Shown here piece after piece: positions 28,500 to 38,436 of a DNA stretch of 64,000 bases; the stretch's first letter is position 1, and each line of letters starts with the position of its first letter. Position numbers and translations under genes: made by a program. This stretch comes from Bacilli bacterium. Lineage in GTDB: Bacteria > Bacillota_I > Bacilli_A > RFN20 > CAG-826. The notes beneath the pieces are model-generated. The model saw only the letters and a list, made by a program, of their open reading frames with translations, had not been told where the DNA came from and did no database searches. Location: contig JAFSNY010000080.1 of the NCBI GenBank assembly GCA_017447305.1, forward strand, positions 20,884-84,883, read 5' to 3'.

Positions 28500-30275
28500 A
28501 TGGCGCAAGCGCAAGACTTAGATAAATTACGTGGCGATCATAAAATGAAACTTTCCCAAATCTTAAAGAGATCTTGGAAGTATGTAAAAAAAGAAGTGTG
28601 GTGGTTGCTTCTTTCCTTATTCTTCATCACTGTCTGTGTTGGTATTGATGTTGTTTTACCAAGATTAACTATGTTATTTGTCGATTATTTCGATGCCTTA
28701 ACGGCGAATTCAACATTCTCCATCCTTTTAGGAATTGTTATTGGCTATATTGGGTTATCACTTGCAAACCAAGTAATCATGTATTTCCAATCAATGATTC
28801 TTCAAAAAGCAGGCCAAAGAATTGTCTACGCTTTAAGAATGGAAGTGTTTGAGCATATTGAAAGAATGTCACAAAACCAATTCAATGAAATGCCGGTTGG
28901 TTCATTAGTGACTCGTGTTGCCAACTATACTGCGTCAATGAGTGATTTATTCACTGATGTTTTAGTTATTCTCATCAGAGACTTCTTAACTGCGGTTATC
29001 GTCTTTATCATCATGCTCTTCCTATCAATAAAATTATCATTATTCCTTCTCGCGTTTACTCTCGTCGCAGGAGTCATTTCTTATGTCTTCGGGCATATCG
29101 TTGGAAAGATTTTTAGACGCGAAAGACAATATATTTCTGACTTAAATACTTTCTTAAGTGAGAATTTATCAGGTATGAAAATCATCCAAGTTTTCAACCA
29201 AGAAAGACGTAAACAAAAAGAGTTTGATGAAAAGAACTGGAGACTTAGAAGAGCGAGATATAACGTTATCATGGCCTTTGCTTTCTATCGACCAACGATT
29301 AATCTTCTTTACTATGGATCGATCGCGACAACATTCGGTGTTGGCTTATCGCTTTCACTTACCAGTGCGGAAATCGTTGGATTCTATTTATATTTATCTA
29401 AATTCTTTAACCCAATTCAAAACATCGCCGACCAAGTTAATAAGATTCAAAGAGCGATTACAGCTTGTGAAAGATTATATAATCTTATGGATGTCGCTCC
29501 TGAAGTATTAGATAAGGAAGATGCGATTGAAATCGAACACTTCAAAGGCAAAATCGAATTTAAAAATGTTTGGTTTGCTTATGAAGAAGAAAACTGGATT
29601 TTAAAAGATGTTTCCTTTGTCATTAATCCAAAAGAAACTGTAGCGTTTGTTGGTGCGACAGGCGCGGGGAAGACAACGATTTTATCGTTGATTGTTAGAA
29701 ACTATGAGATTCAAAAAGGTCAAATCCTCATCGATGATGTAGATATTACCCATATTAAAGTTGAATCAATTAGAAAGTCAGTGGGGCAAATGCTTCAAGA
29801 TGTTTTCCTCTTCTCAGGAAATATCCGTAATAACATCACCTTGCATGATGATGATATTAGCGATGAACAAATTAACGCTGCGTGCGATTATGTCAACGCC
29901 TCTCATTTCATCAATACTCTTCCAAATAAACTTGATGAAGAAGTAATTGAAAGAGGAGAGAACTTCTCTGCTGGCCAAAGACAATTGCTTAGCTTTGCTA
30001 GATGTGTTGTCCATTCTCCAGAAATCTTGATTCTTGACGAAGCCACCGCGAATATTGACACTGAAACCGAAGTTGTTATTCAAGACTCATTAGAGAAGAT
30101 TAAAAACATTGGAACAATGCTAGTGGTCGCACACCGTTTATCAACAATTCAGCATTCCGACAATATCATTGTTTTACAAAACGGAGAAATAATTGAACAA
30201 GGTAATCACCAACAATTATTAAAGAAGCGCGGTCATTACTATAAACTTTATCAACTACAGTTCGAAGATAAATAA
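28500..30275 (+). CDS. ABC exporter, fused permease-ATPase, subunit 2 of the second heterodimeric pair
   Basis: Walker A GATGAGKTT; signature FSAGQRQLLSFARC; Walker B LILDEATANID. Confidence 0.9.
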   Translation: MAQAQDLDKLRGDHKMKLSQILKRSWKYVKKEVWWLLLSLFFITVCVGIDVVLPRLTMLFVDYFDALTANSTFSILLGIVIGYIGLSLANQVIMYFQSMILQKAGQRIVYALRMEVFEHIERMSQNQFNEMPVGSLVTRVANYTASMSDLFTDVLVILIRDFLTAVIVFIIMLFLSIKLSLFLLAFTLVAGVISYVFGHIVGKIFRRERQYISDLNTFLSENLSGMKIIQVFNQERRKQKEFDEKNWRLRRARYNVIMAFAFYRPTINLLYYGSIATTFGVGLSLSLTSAEIVGFYLYLSKFFNPIQNIADQVNKIQRAITACERLYNLMDVAPEVLDKEDAIEIEHFKGKIEFKNVWFAYEEENWILKDVSFVINPKETVAFVGATGAGKTTILSLIVRNYEIQKGQILIDDVDITHIKVESIRKSVGQMLQDVFLFSGNIRNNITLHDDDISDEQINAACDYVNASHFINTLPNKLDEEVIERGENFSAGQRQLLSFARCVVHSPEILILDEATANIDTETEVVIQDSLEKIKNIGTMLVVAHRLSTIQHSDNIIVLQNGEIIEQGNHQQLLKKRGHYYKLYQLQFEDK

Positions 30276-30381
30276 GGATAAATCTTTTTAAAAAAGATTT
30301 ATTTCTCAAAATAATTTACGAATAACAGAAGATTTCTATTTAAAAATAGAATATAATTGAAATGAACTTAGGAGGATACGT

Positions 30382-30873
30382 ATGAAATCATTAGTTGTTT
30401 ATTTTTCTAGAGATGGAAAAGCCGCTGCTGTGTCAGGCAAAAGCAAAACCCAAATTCTTGCTGAGAAAGTCCAAGAATTAACTGGTTCCGACATCTATAA
30501 AATCGTTCCAGTTGAACCATATTCTCAAGATGATATGGAATGTGATAGAAGAGCCAAAGAAGAAAGCCAAACAAACGCTAAACCAGCCATCAGTGGAGCT
30601 CTTCCAGATGTCAGTGGTTATGAACTAATCTATTTGGGATTCCCTAACTGGTATCGTAGCTTCCCTAGAATTATCGGAACATTCCTCGATAGTGTTGATT
30701 TAAAAGGTAAGATTATTAAACCATTCTGCACGAATGAAGAAGGCGGATTTGGTATTGGTGAATTAGAACTCAAAGGAAGAGCTAAAGGCGCGACACTTAA
30801 AAATGGCTTCTCCTGTAAGAGTGAAGATGTCCTTGGCTGTGATGAAAGACTTAAGGCTTGGCTAATGAAATAA
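30382..30873 (+). CDS. Flavodoxin
   Basis: MKSLVVYFSRDGK... is a flavodoxin-like N-terminus; size 163 aa. Confidence 0.65.
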   Translation: MKSLVVYFSRDGKAAAVSGKSKTQILAEKVQELTGSDIYKIVPVEPYSQDDMECDRRAKEESQTNAKPAISGALPDVSGYELIYLGFPNWYRSFPRIIGTFLDSVDLKGKIIKPFCTNEEGGFGIGELELKGRAKGATLKNGFSCKSEDVLGCDERLKAWLMK

Positions 30874-30884
30874 TGGAGATACAT

Positions 30885-32042
30885 ATGAAAAAAGTTAAAA
30901 ATGATGTCTTTTATGTTGGCGTTAATGATCACCAATTAGATCTCTTTGAAGGCCATTATATCGTTCCTAATGGAATGGCCTACAACTCCTATGTTATCCT
31001 CGATGACAAAGTTGCCGTAATGGACTCTATTGAAGCTCATTTCTTTGATGAGTGGTTGGGGAATATTAAAGAAGTAATCAAAGACAGGAAAGTTGATTAT
31101 CTTGTTGTGCATCATATGGAGCCAGATCATTCCGCGAATATCAAAAACTTCCTAGAAGTATATCCAGATACGACTGTAGTGGCTTCAATGCAAGCGTTCA
31201 AAATGATGTCACAATTCTTCCCAGGATTTGAACCAAAGAATAAGTTAATTGTCAAAGAAAGAGACATTTTACCCTTAGGTAAACATCAACTTAGATTTAT
31301 TGGCGCCCCGATGATTCACTGGCCAGAAGTTATGTTCTCTTATCTAGAAGAGGAAAATATTCTTTTCAGCGCTGATGCCTTTGGTAAATTTGGCGCATTA
31401 GATGTTGAGGAAGAATGGGCTTGTGAAGCAAGAAGATATTATTTTGGTATCGTTGGTAAATTTGGTGTTCAAGTTCAAGCAGTGCTAAAGAAACTTGCTC
31501 CCTATAAAATAGATATTATTTGTCCTCTCCATGGTCCAATCCTTGATAAAGACTTAGATTGCTATCTAAATTTATATAATATTTGGTCATCCTATGGAGT
31601 GGAAAAAGAAGGCGTCGCTATATTCTATACTTCAGTATATGGCCACACCAAAGAAGCCGTTTTATTGCTTCAAGAAGAACTCCTAAAACTTGGATGTGAA
31701 CATGTTGCAGTTAACGACTTAGCAAGAGAAGATATGGCGGAATGTGTTGAAGATGCATTTAAATATGGAAGAATCGTTCTTGCTACAACGACATTCAATA
31801 TGCAAATCTTCCCATATATGAATGAATTCATTAATTCCTTAGTTGAACGTAACTACCAAAATAAAACCATCGGATTTATTGAAAATGGTAGCTGGGCTCC
31901 AGCAGCGGGAAAAGTAATGAAGGAAAAACTTCAAGAATTAAAGAATATTACATATGTTGAACCAATGGTGAAAATCCTCAGTGCGGTTAACGATAAAAAC
32001 AAAGAAGAAATCAAAGAGCTCGCTAAAGCGATGCTTAAATAA
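30885..32042 (+). CDS. fprA: FprA-family flavodiiron protein (A-type flavoprotein; O2/NO reductase)
   Basis: N-terminal metallo-beta-lactamase domain with HHMEPDHSAN, plus a C-terminal flavodoxin domain. The start at MKKVKND follows a ggaga RBS. Confidence 0.8.
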   Translation: MKKVKNDVFYVGVNDHQLDLFEGHYIVPNGMAYNSYVILDDKVAVMDSIEAHFFDEWLGNIKEVIKDRKVDYLVVHHMEPDHSANIKNFLEVYPDTTVVASMQAFKMMSQFFPGFEPKNKLIVKERDILPLGKHQLRFIGAPMIHWPEVMFSYLEEENILFSADAFGKFGALDVEEEWACEARRYYFGIVGKFGVQVQAVLKKLAPYKIDIICPLHGPILDKDLDCYLNLYNIWSSYGVEKEGVAIFYTSVYGHTKEAVLLLQEELLKLGCEHVAVNDLAREDMAECVEDAFKYGRIVLATTTFNMQIFPYMNEFINSLVERNYQNKTIGFIENGSWAPAAGKVMKEKLQELKNITYVEPMVKILSAVNDKNKEEIKELAKAMLK

Positions 32043-32060
32043 ACTAGGAGGAATAATGTT

Positions 32061-32522
32061 ATGGATTCAAGAATTTCAATCGTTATTAAGATCGCTAAAG
32101 CCCTCAATGAAAAGAATGTTAAATGGGCTATTGGCGGATCGGTTTTACTATATTTAAAAGGAATCGTCTTTAGCTTTAATGATTTAGACATCATGATTGA
32201 TGGTGAAGATGTAGAAAAAGCTAGGGAAGCTTTAAAAGCTATTGGCGAATATCATCCAAGCGATCGCAAATCAGATGCCAAAATCTTTGAAGAATTCACA
32301 GTTGATGGACTTGATATTGATGTTATCTCTGGTTTAGTTATTACCGCATACGGAAATACATATGATTGTTCTTTCAAAAATGAAGGAGTGGAACATATGG
32401 AAATCGATGGTGTGAATCTTCCACTTGATTCCTTAGATGCTTGGTATGAGATTTATTCATTGCAAGGAAGAGTGGAAAAGGCTCGTTATATTAAAGACTA
32501 CCAACTCTATCATAAAAAGTAA
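32061..32522 (+). CDS. Nucleotidyltransferase-fold protein (Lnu/ANT-like small NTase)
   Basis: WAIGGSVLLYLKG...FNDLDIMID shows the G[SG]...D.D NTase signature. Size 153 aa. Confidence 0.45.
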   Translation: MDSRISIVIKIAKALNEKNVKWAIGGSVLLYLKGIVFSFNDLDIMIDGEDVEKAREALKAIGEYHPSDRKSDAKIFEEFTVDGLDIDVISGLVITAYGNTYDCSFKNEGVEHMEIDGVNLPLDSLDAWYEIYSLQGRVEKARYIKDYQLYHKK

Positions 32523-32584
32523 TTCCGTTTTGGAATGCATATAAAAAATCGACTTTTTCAAGCCGATTTTTGTTTGTCTAAATA

Positions 32585-34513
32585 TTATCCGATAGCGGCT
32601 AGAACGATGGTTAATTCACGAACGGTTAATTCACCATATTTTGTTCTGCCATTTAATTCAACGCCAGCGTTTTCAAGTGCGACAACCCCAGCGGCTGGAA
32701 TTGTTTTATTCAAGAATGCATCATCTACAACAAGGAGGCCGGCATCTTTTAATGTGGAAAGGTTTTCGTTTTTAGTGTGTTCTTCGAAGTTAGTAACAAC
32801 ATCCGCCATACCTTCGCCGATAGTGTATGACTCATAATATTCTTTATTTGGATCTTCTCCATACTTAACATCTTTACCGGATAAATGAACGCTTCCTGGA
32901 GTTAACAAGAATTTCCAAACGGACTTCATCGTCCAATCATCGCGGTCATCAGACAATGGATCTTTAGTAAAGATATCATCTTCAAAGGCGTCGACGATTT
33001 TTAATTTTTTAACAGCTTTTCCTAAGTCTGAAATCTTTTCATCTTTATCCAAGTATTTGAAGAGACCAGAATCATCGGTAATAAGTGCGCCGATAGTCAT
33101 TTCTTTGAAGGCTGTATCAATTTGACTAATGTTGTAATTACTTAAGTAATTATATAAGGATTCGTTGCCATCAAGGCTATCCTTATCAATGATGTCTTTG
33201 AATGATAAGTTATTAACAGCGCTAGCGAGTTGATTAATTGGGGAATCAGCAACAAGGCTTAAAATCTTGTTTCCCTCTGTATCAATAAATTTATTGAGTG
33301 GTAATGTTTCAATTTCAGTTTTAAGGTTACCGATTTGAATGTCTGCGATAGAAGAAAGGATTTTAGAAGCGCCTAATCCATCATCACCAAGAACTTGTCT
33401 AATTGTTAAAGAATTGATTTTGTCTTGGTTTTTAAGATCGGAAATAAGCCAATCTTTAACGCTTTCAAGGAAGGTATTACCTGCAGGAATTTCACCAATT
33501 GCTTGTTCAATAGTCAAACCATTAATCTTTGCAGAAAGTTTATCTTTGTCCTTAAATTCCGAGATAGTTAAGTCTTTAAGAGCGTAGAGAATGGAGTTAG
33601 ATGGATTAACTTCTCCGAATAATTCTTCAATGGTTAAACTATTAATTCCATCATCACTAATTAACTTGCTAATGGTCCAATCTCTGATTGCGTATAAAAA
33701 TGTATTATCTGGATCAACTTCACCAATTAAATCTTCGACAGTTAAAGTGTTATAAAGTTTATCTTTATCCTTAAGGTCTTTCATTGACCAGTCTTTAATT
33801 GAGTAAAGCAAAGTGTTTTCTGAACTAATGTCACCCATGACTTGGGAGATAGTCAAACTATCAAGTTTGCTTTCATCTTTGAAATCTTCTAAACCCCAAT
33901 CCGCGATAGCGTTAAGAAGTTCATCATTAGGATCGATGTCGCCAAGAACATCTCGGAATTTCATTTGATTGATAATGTCATCGAAAAATCCTTCGGTCAT
34001 GAAGTCGGTGATTGTGTATGGGTCTTCATAATTGTATTCACCATTTTCATCTTTTGGGAAGAGGAAGAGTTTTAAAACTGCGTCAGAATAACGATCGGCG
34101 CCAATCATTGCAGCGATGGTAGCGTTATCTTTAAGGTTTTGAACCATCCAATCGCCGAGTTCTTCAAACTTAATCTTATATAGTTCTTCTTTTGGCCAAG
34201 AGTATCCGATTTGTTCTTCAAACATCTTATTGATTTCATCAACAAGCATATCGACCATTGGAGAAATTCTTGAAAGACCTCCAAGAGTGTCAATGTCATC
34301 ATTTTCGTTTGTCGCGATTGTTTTGATGATTTCAACAATGCTCTTACTTTCATATTCGTCTGTGAAGATATCTTGATTTGCCCAGTTATCAATATCGCTT
34401 CCTTTGATGATAAAACCCGCTGCAGCGATGCCACCAACGACCCCGCCTAAGCCTATAAAGATACCAAGTAATGTGAACAATAAATATCGCCACCAATAAT
34501 GTTTTTTACCCAT
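32585..34513 (-). CDS. N-terminally membrane-anchored protein carrying five tandem ~37-aa repeats
   Basis: The start is taken at MGKKHYWW after a ggagggg RBS. TM LLFTLLGIFIGLGGVVGGIAAAGFII. The repeat consensus is roughly L(L/Y)xAIxDWxIxxLKDKDKLNSLTIEELIGEVxPxNT, repeated 5 times over aa ~205-392. Confidence 0.6.
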   Translation of the reverse strand: MGKKHYWWRYLLFTLLGIFIGLGGVVGGIAAAGFIIKGSDIDNWANQDIFTDEYESKSIVEIIKTIATNENDDIDTLGGLSRISPMVDMLVDEINKMFEEQIGYSWPKEELYKIKFEELGDWMVQNLKDNATIAAMIGADRYSDAVLKLFLFPKDENGEYNYEDPYTITDFMTEGFFDDIINQMKFRDVLGDIDPNDELLNAIADWGLEDFKDESKLDSLTISQVMGDISSENTLLYSIKDWSMKDLKDKDKLYNTLTVEDLIGEVDPDNTFLYAIRDWTISKLISDDGINSLTIEELFGEVNPSNSILYALKDLTISEFKDKDKLSAKINGLTIEQAIGEIPAGNTFLESVKDWLISDLKNQDKINSLTIRQVLGDDGLGASKILSSIADIQIGNLKTEIETLPLNKFIDTEGNKILSLVADSPINQLASAVNNLSFKDIIDKDSLDGNESLYNYLSNYNISQIDTAFKEMTIGALITDDSGLFKYLDKDEKISDLGKAVKKLKIVDAFEDDIFTKDPLSDDRDDWTMKSVWKFLLTPGSVHLSGKDVKYGEDPNKEYYESYTIGEGMADVVTNFEEHTKNENLSTLKDAGLLVVDDAFLNKTIPAAGVVALENAGVELNGRTKYGELTVRELTIVLAAIG

Positions 34514-34659
34514 AATAATCCCCTCCAAAAACAAGGTTTTTTCTATGCAATATTATATACACAAACATATTTACTATTAATGCATTTTTATTCCAAATAA
34601 AAAAATTATTCAAAGAATAATCTTTTCAATTTTCATCGATTAAATCATCGTTCATTATC

Positions 34660-35313
34660 TCATTTTCGAATGAAATAATGCTCGATATCTAAGACGGAAT
34701 CTACAGTTGGACAATCGAAATGATATTCCTTCATTTCTTCTTTGGTTCGATATCCATATGTCACCAATAAAACATCAATATTGGAATTCTTCGCGGTTTC
34801 ATAATCAACATTCGTATCACCTATGTAGCAAGCTTCATCATTGCCAATTTTTAATTCATTCAAAACACGATTGACCATATCAGGATTTGGTTTTTTATTT
34901 AGTGTAGGAACATCACCTTGAATCATGTCAAAAATACCCGGAAAATAATGTGTAATTAAGTTGCTGGTTACCTCATGAATTTTGTTACTGACCACAGCGA
35001 GTTTATACCCGTGTTTTTTCAAATTGGTGAGGGTATGTAGCATGTTTTCGTATGGAATTGTGTTATCGAGATAGTGAGAGAAATAGTGTTTTCTAAACGT
35101 AGAAAGGACATCTTTATAATTTGGATTATCCATCCCGTTTTCAATGCACCTAGAAATAAGAACGGCAACCCCATTTCCTATTGCTTTTCTAACGAATTCC
35201 TTGCTTTTATTTTCGTAACCAAAAACTGTTAATGCATGATTAACAGCATTGGCTAAATCATCTAGTGTATTAAGCACAGTACCATCTAAATCAAAGATTA
35301 ATAGTTTTTTCAT
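34660..35313 (-). CDS. HAD-family hydrolase (phosphoglycolate-phosphatase-like)
   Basis: MKKLLIFDLDGTVLNT is the DxDGT motif I. The size is typical of HAD-IA. Confidence 0.75.
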   Translation of the reverse strand: MKKLLIFDLDGTVLNTLDDLANAVNHALTVFGYENKSKEFVRKAIGNGVAVLISRCIENGMDNPNYKDVLSTFRKHYFSHYLDNTIPYENMLHTLTNLKKHGYKLAVVSNKIHEVTSNLITHYFPGIFDMIQGDVPTLNKKPNPDMVNRVLNELKIGNDEACYIGDTNVDYETAKNSNIDVLLVTYGYRTKEEMKEYHFDCPTVDSVLDIEHYFIRK

Positions 35314-36038
35314 GATATCTTTTTGATAACTTCGATAACATCTTCATCGAAGACTAAGTCACACTCACTATCGTAAGCAGTTCTACCTTTGTTAATCAAA
35401 ACTAAGGAACTACCTTTAAAATAGCGGACATATCCTGCAGCAGGATACACTCTTAAGGATGTACCAATAACAATCATGACATCAGCGGTCATAATTGCGG
35501 ATAAAGCGTATTCAACAGTGAGGTTATCAAGGCCTTCTTCGTATAAAACAACATCAGGTTTGATAATTCCCCCACATTTATCACATCTTGGAGTGCCTTT
35601 CTTTTTCATTATTTGATCGAGAGTATAAAAAGCATTACAGTCCATACAATAATTGCGATGGACGCTTCCATGTAGTTCATAAACTCTCTTTGAACCTGCG
35701 GCTTGATGTAAATTATCGATATTTTGGGTGACAACAGTGACGTTTTTCCCTTGTTTTTCTAAATCAGCAAAATAAAGATGCGCTAAATTAGGCTTAGCCT
35801 CTGGGTAGCACATCTTTTCTTTATAGAATTCAAAGAATTCATCAGGATAAGCCATGAAAAAAGAGTGGGAGATAATTTCTTCAGGGGAATACCCTGTTTT
35901 TGTTTTTTCTGAATATAAACCAGAAGCGCTTCTAAAATCAGGGATGCCAGATGGAACGGAGATGCCCGCTCCTGTAAAGACGACTATTGATCTTGCGTTT
36001 TTAATAACTGATTTTAGTTTTGCATACTTCTCATCCAT
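35310..36038 (-). CDS. cobB: NAD-dependent protein deacylase (Sir2/CobB)
   Basis: GAGISVPSGIPDFRSASGLY is the Sir2 Rossmann motif; the zinc ribbon is CMDC...CDKCGG. Confidence 0.8.
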   Translation of the reverse strand: MDEKYAKLKSVIKNARSIVVFTGAGISVPSGIPDFRSASGLYSEKTKTGYSPEEIISHSFFMAYPDEFFEFYKEKMCYPEAKPNLAHLYFADLEKQGKNVTVVTQNIDNLHQAAGSKRVYELHGSVHRNYCMDCNAFYTLDQIMKKKGTPRCDKCGGIIKPDVVLYEEGLDNLTVEYALSAIMTADVMIVIGTSLRVYPAAGYVRYFKGSSLVLINKGRTAYDSECDLVFDEDVIEVIKKIS

Positions 36039-36039
36039 A

Positions 36040-36654
36040 TTATTCCTCTTGATTAACGGTTTCGCTCTTTACATATAGTTTATCACCGATATCATCTCCG
36101 ATGTCGGTTTTTCTTAAGACATGTTTAATAACGAAAGTAATACTTGGGGATAGAATAATTGTCGTTATAATCTCAACGAGGAAGTTGATTCCGACCAATC
36201 CGATGAGGAATGCTATATAATTTCCGCTAATTCCTAAGCCTTCTTTAAAAACGGTGAAGGCAAAAATAGAGAAGATAAATGTATTGATAACAGGAACGAT
36301 TAACGAACAAATAATCATTCCAGGAACTAAGCTCTTTCCCTTAAATAATTTGAATAACCATCCAGCGATAAAACCAGCAAGTCCCGTCTTCACTACACAA
36401 GTGACAACCGTCCAAAATGGTGAGATAGCGATAAACGCTGCGGATCCTGGTAAAACAGATAATCCATTCACGACACCTAATAAAAGACCGGACCATGGTC
36501 CGTATAATATTGCGCCAATTGCGATAGGTATAAGCGATAAATTGAGTGTCACCCCAGTGATTGGGATGAAATTAGCAATCATTTGAAATATGAAGATTAA
36601 GGCGGCAAGCATTGCGGTGCCTACCATCTTCTTAGTAAGTTTTCTCTTATCCAT
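36040..36654 (-). CDS. ECF-transporter S component-like polytopic membrane protein (vitamin uptake)
   Basis: 6 TM in ~204 aa, with an N-terminus MDKRKLTKKMVGTAMLAALIFIF typical of S components. It overlaps the cobB start. Confidence 0.45.
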   Translation of the reverse strand: MDKRKLTKKMVGTAMLAALIFIFQMIANFIPITGVTLNLSLIPIAIGAILYGPWSGLLLGVVNGLSVLPGSAAFIAISPFWTVVTCVVKTGLAGFIAGWLFKLFKGKSLVPGMIICSLIVPVINTFIFSIFAFTVFKEGLGISGNYIAFLIGLVGINFLVEIITTIILSPSITFVIKHVLRKTDIGDDIGDKLYVKSETVNQEE

Positions 36655-36776
36655 TTTGTCCTCCCTCTAGGCCTCATATGAGGTCCCATAAGAAACATAA
36701 CTATTATATATAAATATAATGAAAAATAAACAAAGAAATTGATATAATATTGATAGTTAAAAAGTGAGGAAAACAT

Positions 36777-37145
36777 ATGCAATTTTTTAAATGCAAACAC
36801 TGTGGAAAAATTATCGCCATTGTCAAAGGATGTCCATGTCCAACTATTTGCTGTGGTGAACCAATGGAAGAACTAGTTGCAAACACTCAAGAAGCATCTT
36901 TTGAAAAACATATTCCTGTTGTCACCGTTAAAGACAATATCGTCCATGTTGAAGTAGGTTCGACATTGCACCCAATGCTTGAAGCTCATTTCATCGAATG
37001 GATTGCTCTTCAAACAAAAAATGGCAATCAAAGAAAAGTTTTAAAACCAGGTGACGCTCCTGTTGCAGACTTCGCGCTTCTCCCAGGTGATGAGGTTGTT
37101 GCCTGCTATGCTTATTGCAATCTCCATGGTCTTTGGAAAGCATAA
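36777..37145 (+). CDS. dfx: Desulfoferrodoxin (2Fe superoxide reductase)
   Basis: The N-terminal desulforedoxin Cys cluster is CKHCGKII...CPCPTICCGEP; the SOR centre is EKHIPVV, H...H, C..H (CNLHGLW). Confidence 0.8.
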   Translation: MQFFKCKHCGKIIAIVKGCPCPTICCGEPMEELVANTQEASFEKHIPVVTVKDNIVHVEVGSTLHPMLEAHFIEWIALQTKNGNQRKVLKPGDAPVADFALLPGDEVVACYAYCNLHGLWKA

Positions 37146-37162
37146 AATTATATAAACTTATA

Positions 37163-37187
37163 AGCGAGGTGAAAACCTCGTTTTTTT
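37163..37187 (+). terminator. Rho-independent terminator after dfx
   Basis: gcgagg-tgaaaa-cctcg followed by TTTTTTTG. Confidence 0.75.
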
Positions 37188-37313
37188 GTGTTTTTTAATC
37201 TTTTATTTTTTAAGTAGATAATTTATAATATAGACAAGTTCAGAAAGTATTGATTAAAGCAAAGTCTAATTAGGGTCTAGATTTTTGCTGCGGTCAATAG
37301 AACAGTCATAATT

Positions 37314-37372
37314 TAATCCCACCAGCTTAAAGTTTCATAGTCTTTTTTCTCCTTGTATGGTGGGATTTTTTG
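37314..37372 (+). terminator. Long-loop hairpin followed by a T-run (second terminator-like or attenuator-like structure upstream of ldh)
   Basis: atcccacca ... tggtgggat forms a 9-bp stem with a ~33-nt loop, followed by TTTTTTG. Confidence 0.4.
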
Positions 37373-37390
37373 TTGCCTATAAGTTATATT

Positions 37391-37432
37391 ACATTGAAAC
37401 AATGTAGAATCTTTTATGATATAATGAGGGAA
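37391..37432 (+). promoter_or_regulatory. Putative ldh promoter (extended -10) with a perfect palindrome over the -35 region
   Basis: Palindrome ACATTGaaaCAATGT (37391-37405). TTGAAA ... TGaTATAAT (37417-37425). RBS ggaggga before the ATG at 37451. Confidence 0.5.
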
Positions 37433-37450
37433 TGATATAGGAGGGATCTT

Positions 37451-38392
37451 ATGATTAATAGGAAAATTGCAATTATCGGTGATGGCGCGGTCGGATCATC
37501 AATCGCCTTCGCTTTAACGCTTAGCGACCTCGTTAGTGAGATTGTTATTATCGATATTAACAAGGCTAAAGTAGAAGGAGATGTCCTTGATTTAAACCAT
37601 AGCATGTCCTTGACTCACCCAAAGAAAATTATCGCAGGAGAATATAAGGATATCGAGAACGCGAAAGTCATTGTCTTGGCTTGTGGAGTGGGTCAAAGAG
37701 AAGGTGAAACAAGAATTCAACTATTAGAAAGAAATAAGAGGGTATTCGATTCAGTTATTGACTCAATGAAACCATATATCCATAAAGAAGCAATTGTTTT
37801 AGTTGTTTCTAATCCTGTCGACATCTTGTCCTATTACACATCTACAAAATTAAATCTTCCTAAATCACAAGTCTTTGGTAGCGGAACAGTGTTGGACACT
37901 GCAAGATTAAAATATCTTCTTTCCGCGGATACAGGAATTGATCCAAGAAATATCCACGCTTATGTTATTGGAGAACATGGCGATAGTGAAATCGCAGCCT
38001 TTTCAGTTACATCTATCGCTGGACTTTCGATTGAGAAATTCTGCGAAGGATGTAAGAGATGTAAAGGATTTAAGGAACGTGGGTTCGCTGCGATGCAAGA
38101 TGATGTTAGACATGCAGCTTATGAAATAATTCAAAAGAAGGGAGCGACATATTATGGTATTGCCGCTTCAACAAAAAGAATTATCCAAGCTATCTTAAAC
38201 AATGAACATAGTGTCCTCACCATTTCGACATATCTCGAAAATGAATTTAATGGAAAGGTAAATGATGTTTATTTATCTTTACCAGTTGTTGTTGGTAGTA
38301 TGGGTGTTGAAAGAATTATTCGCCCAGAATATAGTAAAGAAGAAGTTGAAGGACTGGTGAAGTCCGCAGAAATCTTAAAACAAAATAGATAA
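37451..38392 (+). CDS. ldh: L-lactate dehydrogenase
   Basis: KIAIIGDGAVGSS (NAD-binding), VVSNPVD, and the substrate-binding region IGEHGDSE are all present. Confidence 0.9.
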   Translation: MINRKIAIIGDGAVGSSIAFALTLSDLVSEIVIIDINKAKVEGDVLDLNHSMSLTHPKKIIAGEYKDIENAKVIVLACGVGQREGETRIQLLERNKRVFDSVIDSMKPYIHKEAIVLVVSNPVDILSYYTSTKLNLPKSQVFGSGTVLDTARLKYLLSADTGIDPRNIHAYVIGEHGDSEIAAFSVTSIAGLSIEKFCEGCKRCKGFKERGFAAMQDDVRHAAYEIIQKKGATYYGIAASTKRIIQAILNNEHSVLTISTYLENEFNGKVNDVYLSLPVVVGSMGVERIIRPEYSKEEVEGLVKSAEILKQNR

Positions 38393-38436
38393 TTTATTGC
38401 TTCTTCATGATATAATCATGCTAAGGTCATAATAAA

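Noticed and set aside
37251-37290. Possible sRNA promoter (TTGATT ... TAGATT) between the two terminator-like hairpins downstream of dfx
   Set aside because: The spacing between the -35 and -10 candidates does not fit 17±1 nt, and there is no supporting evidence.
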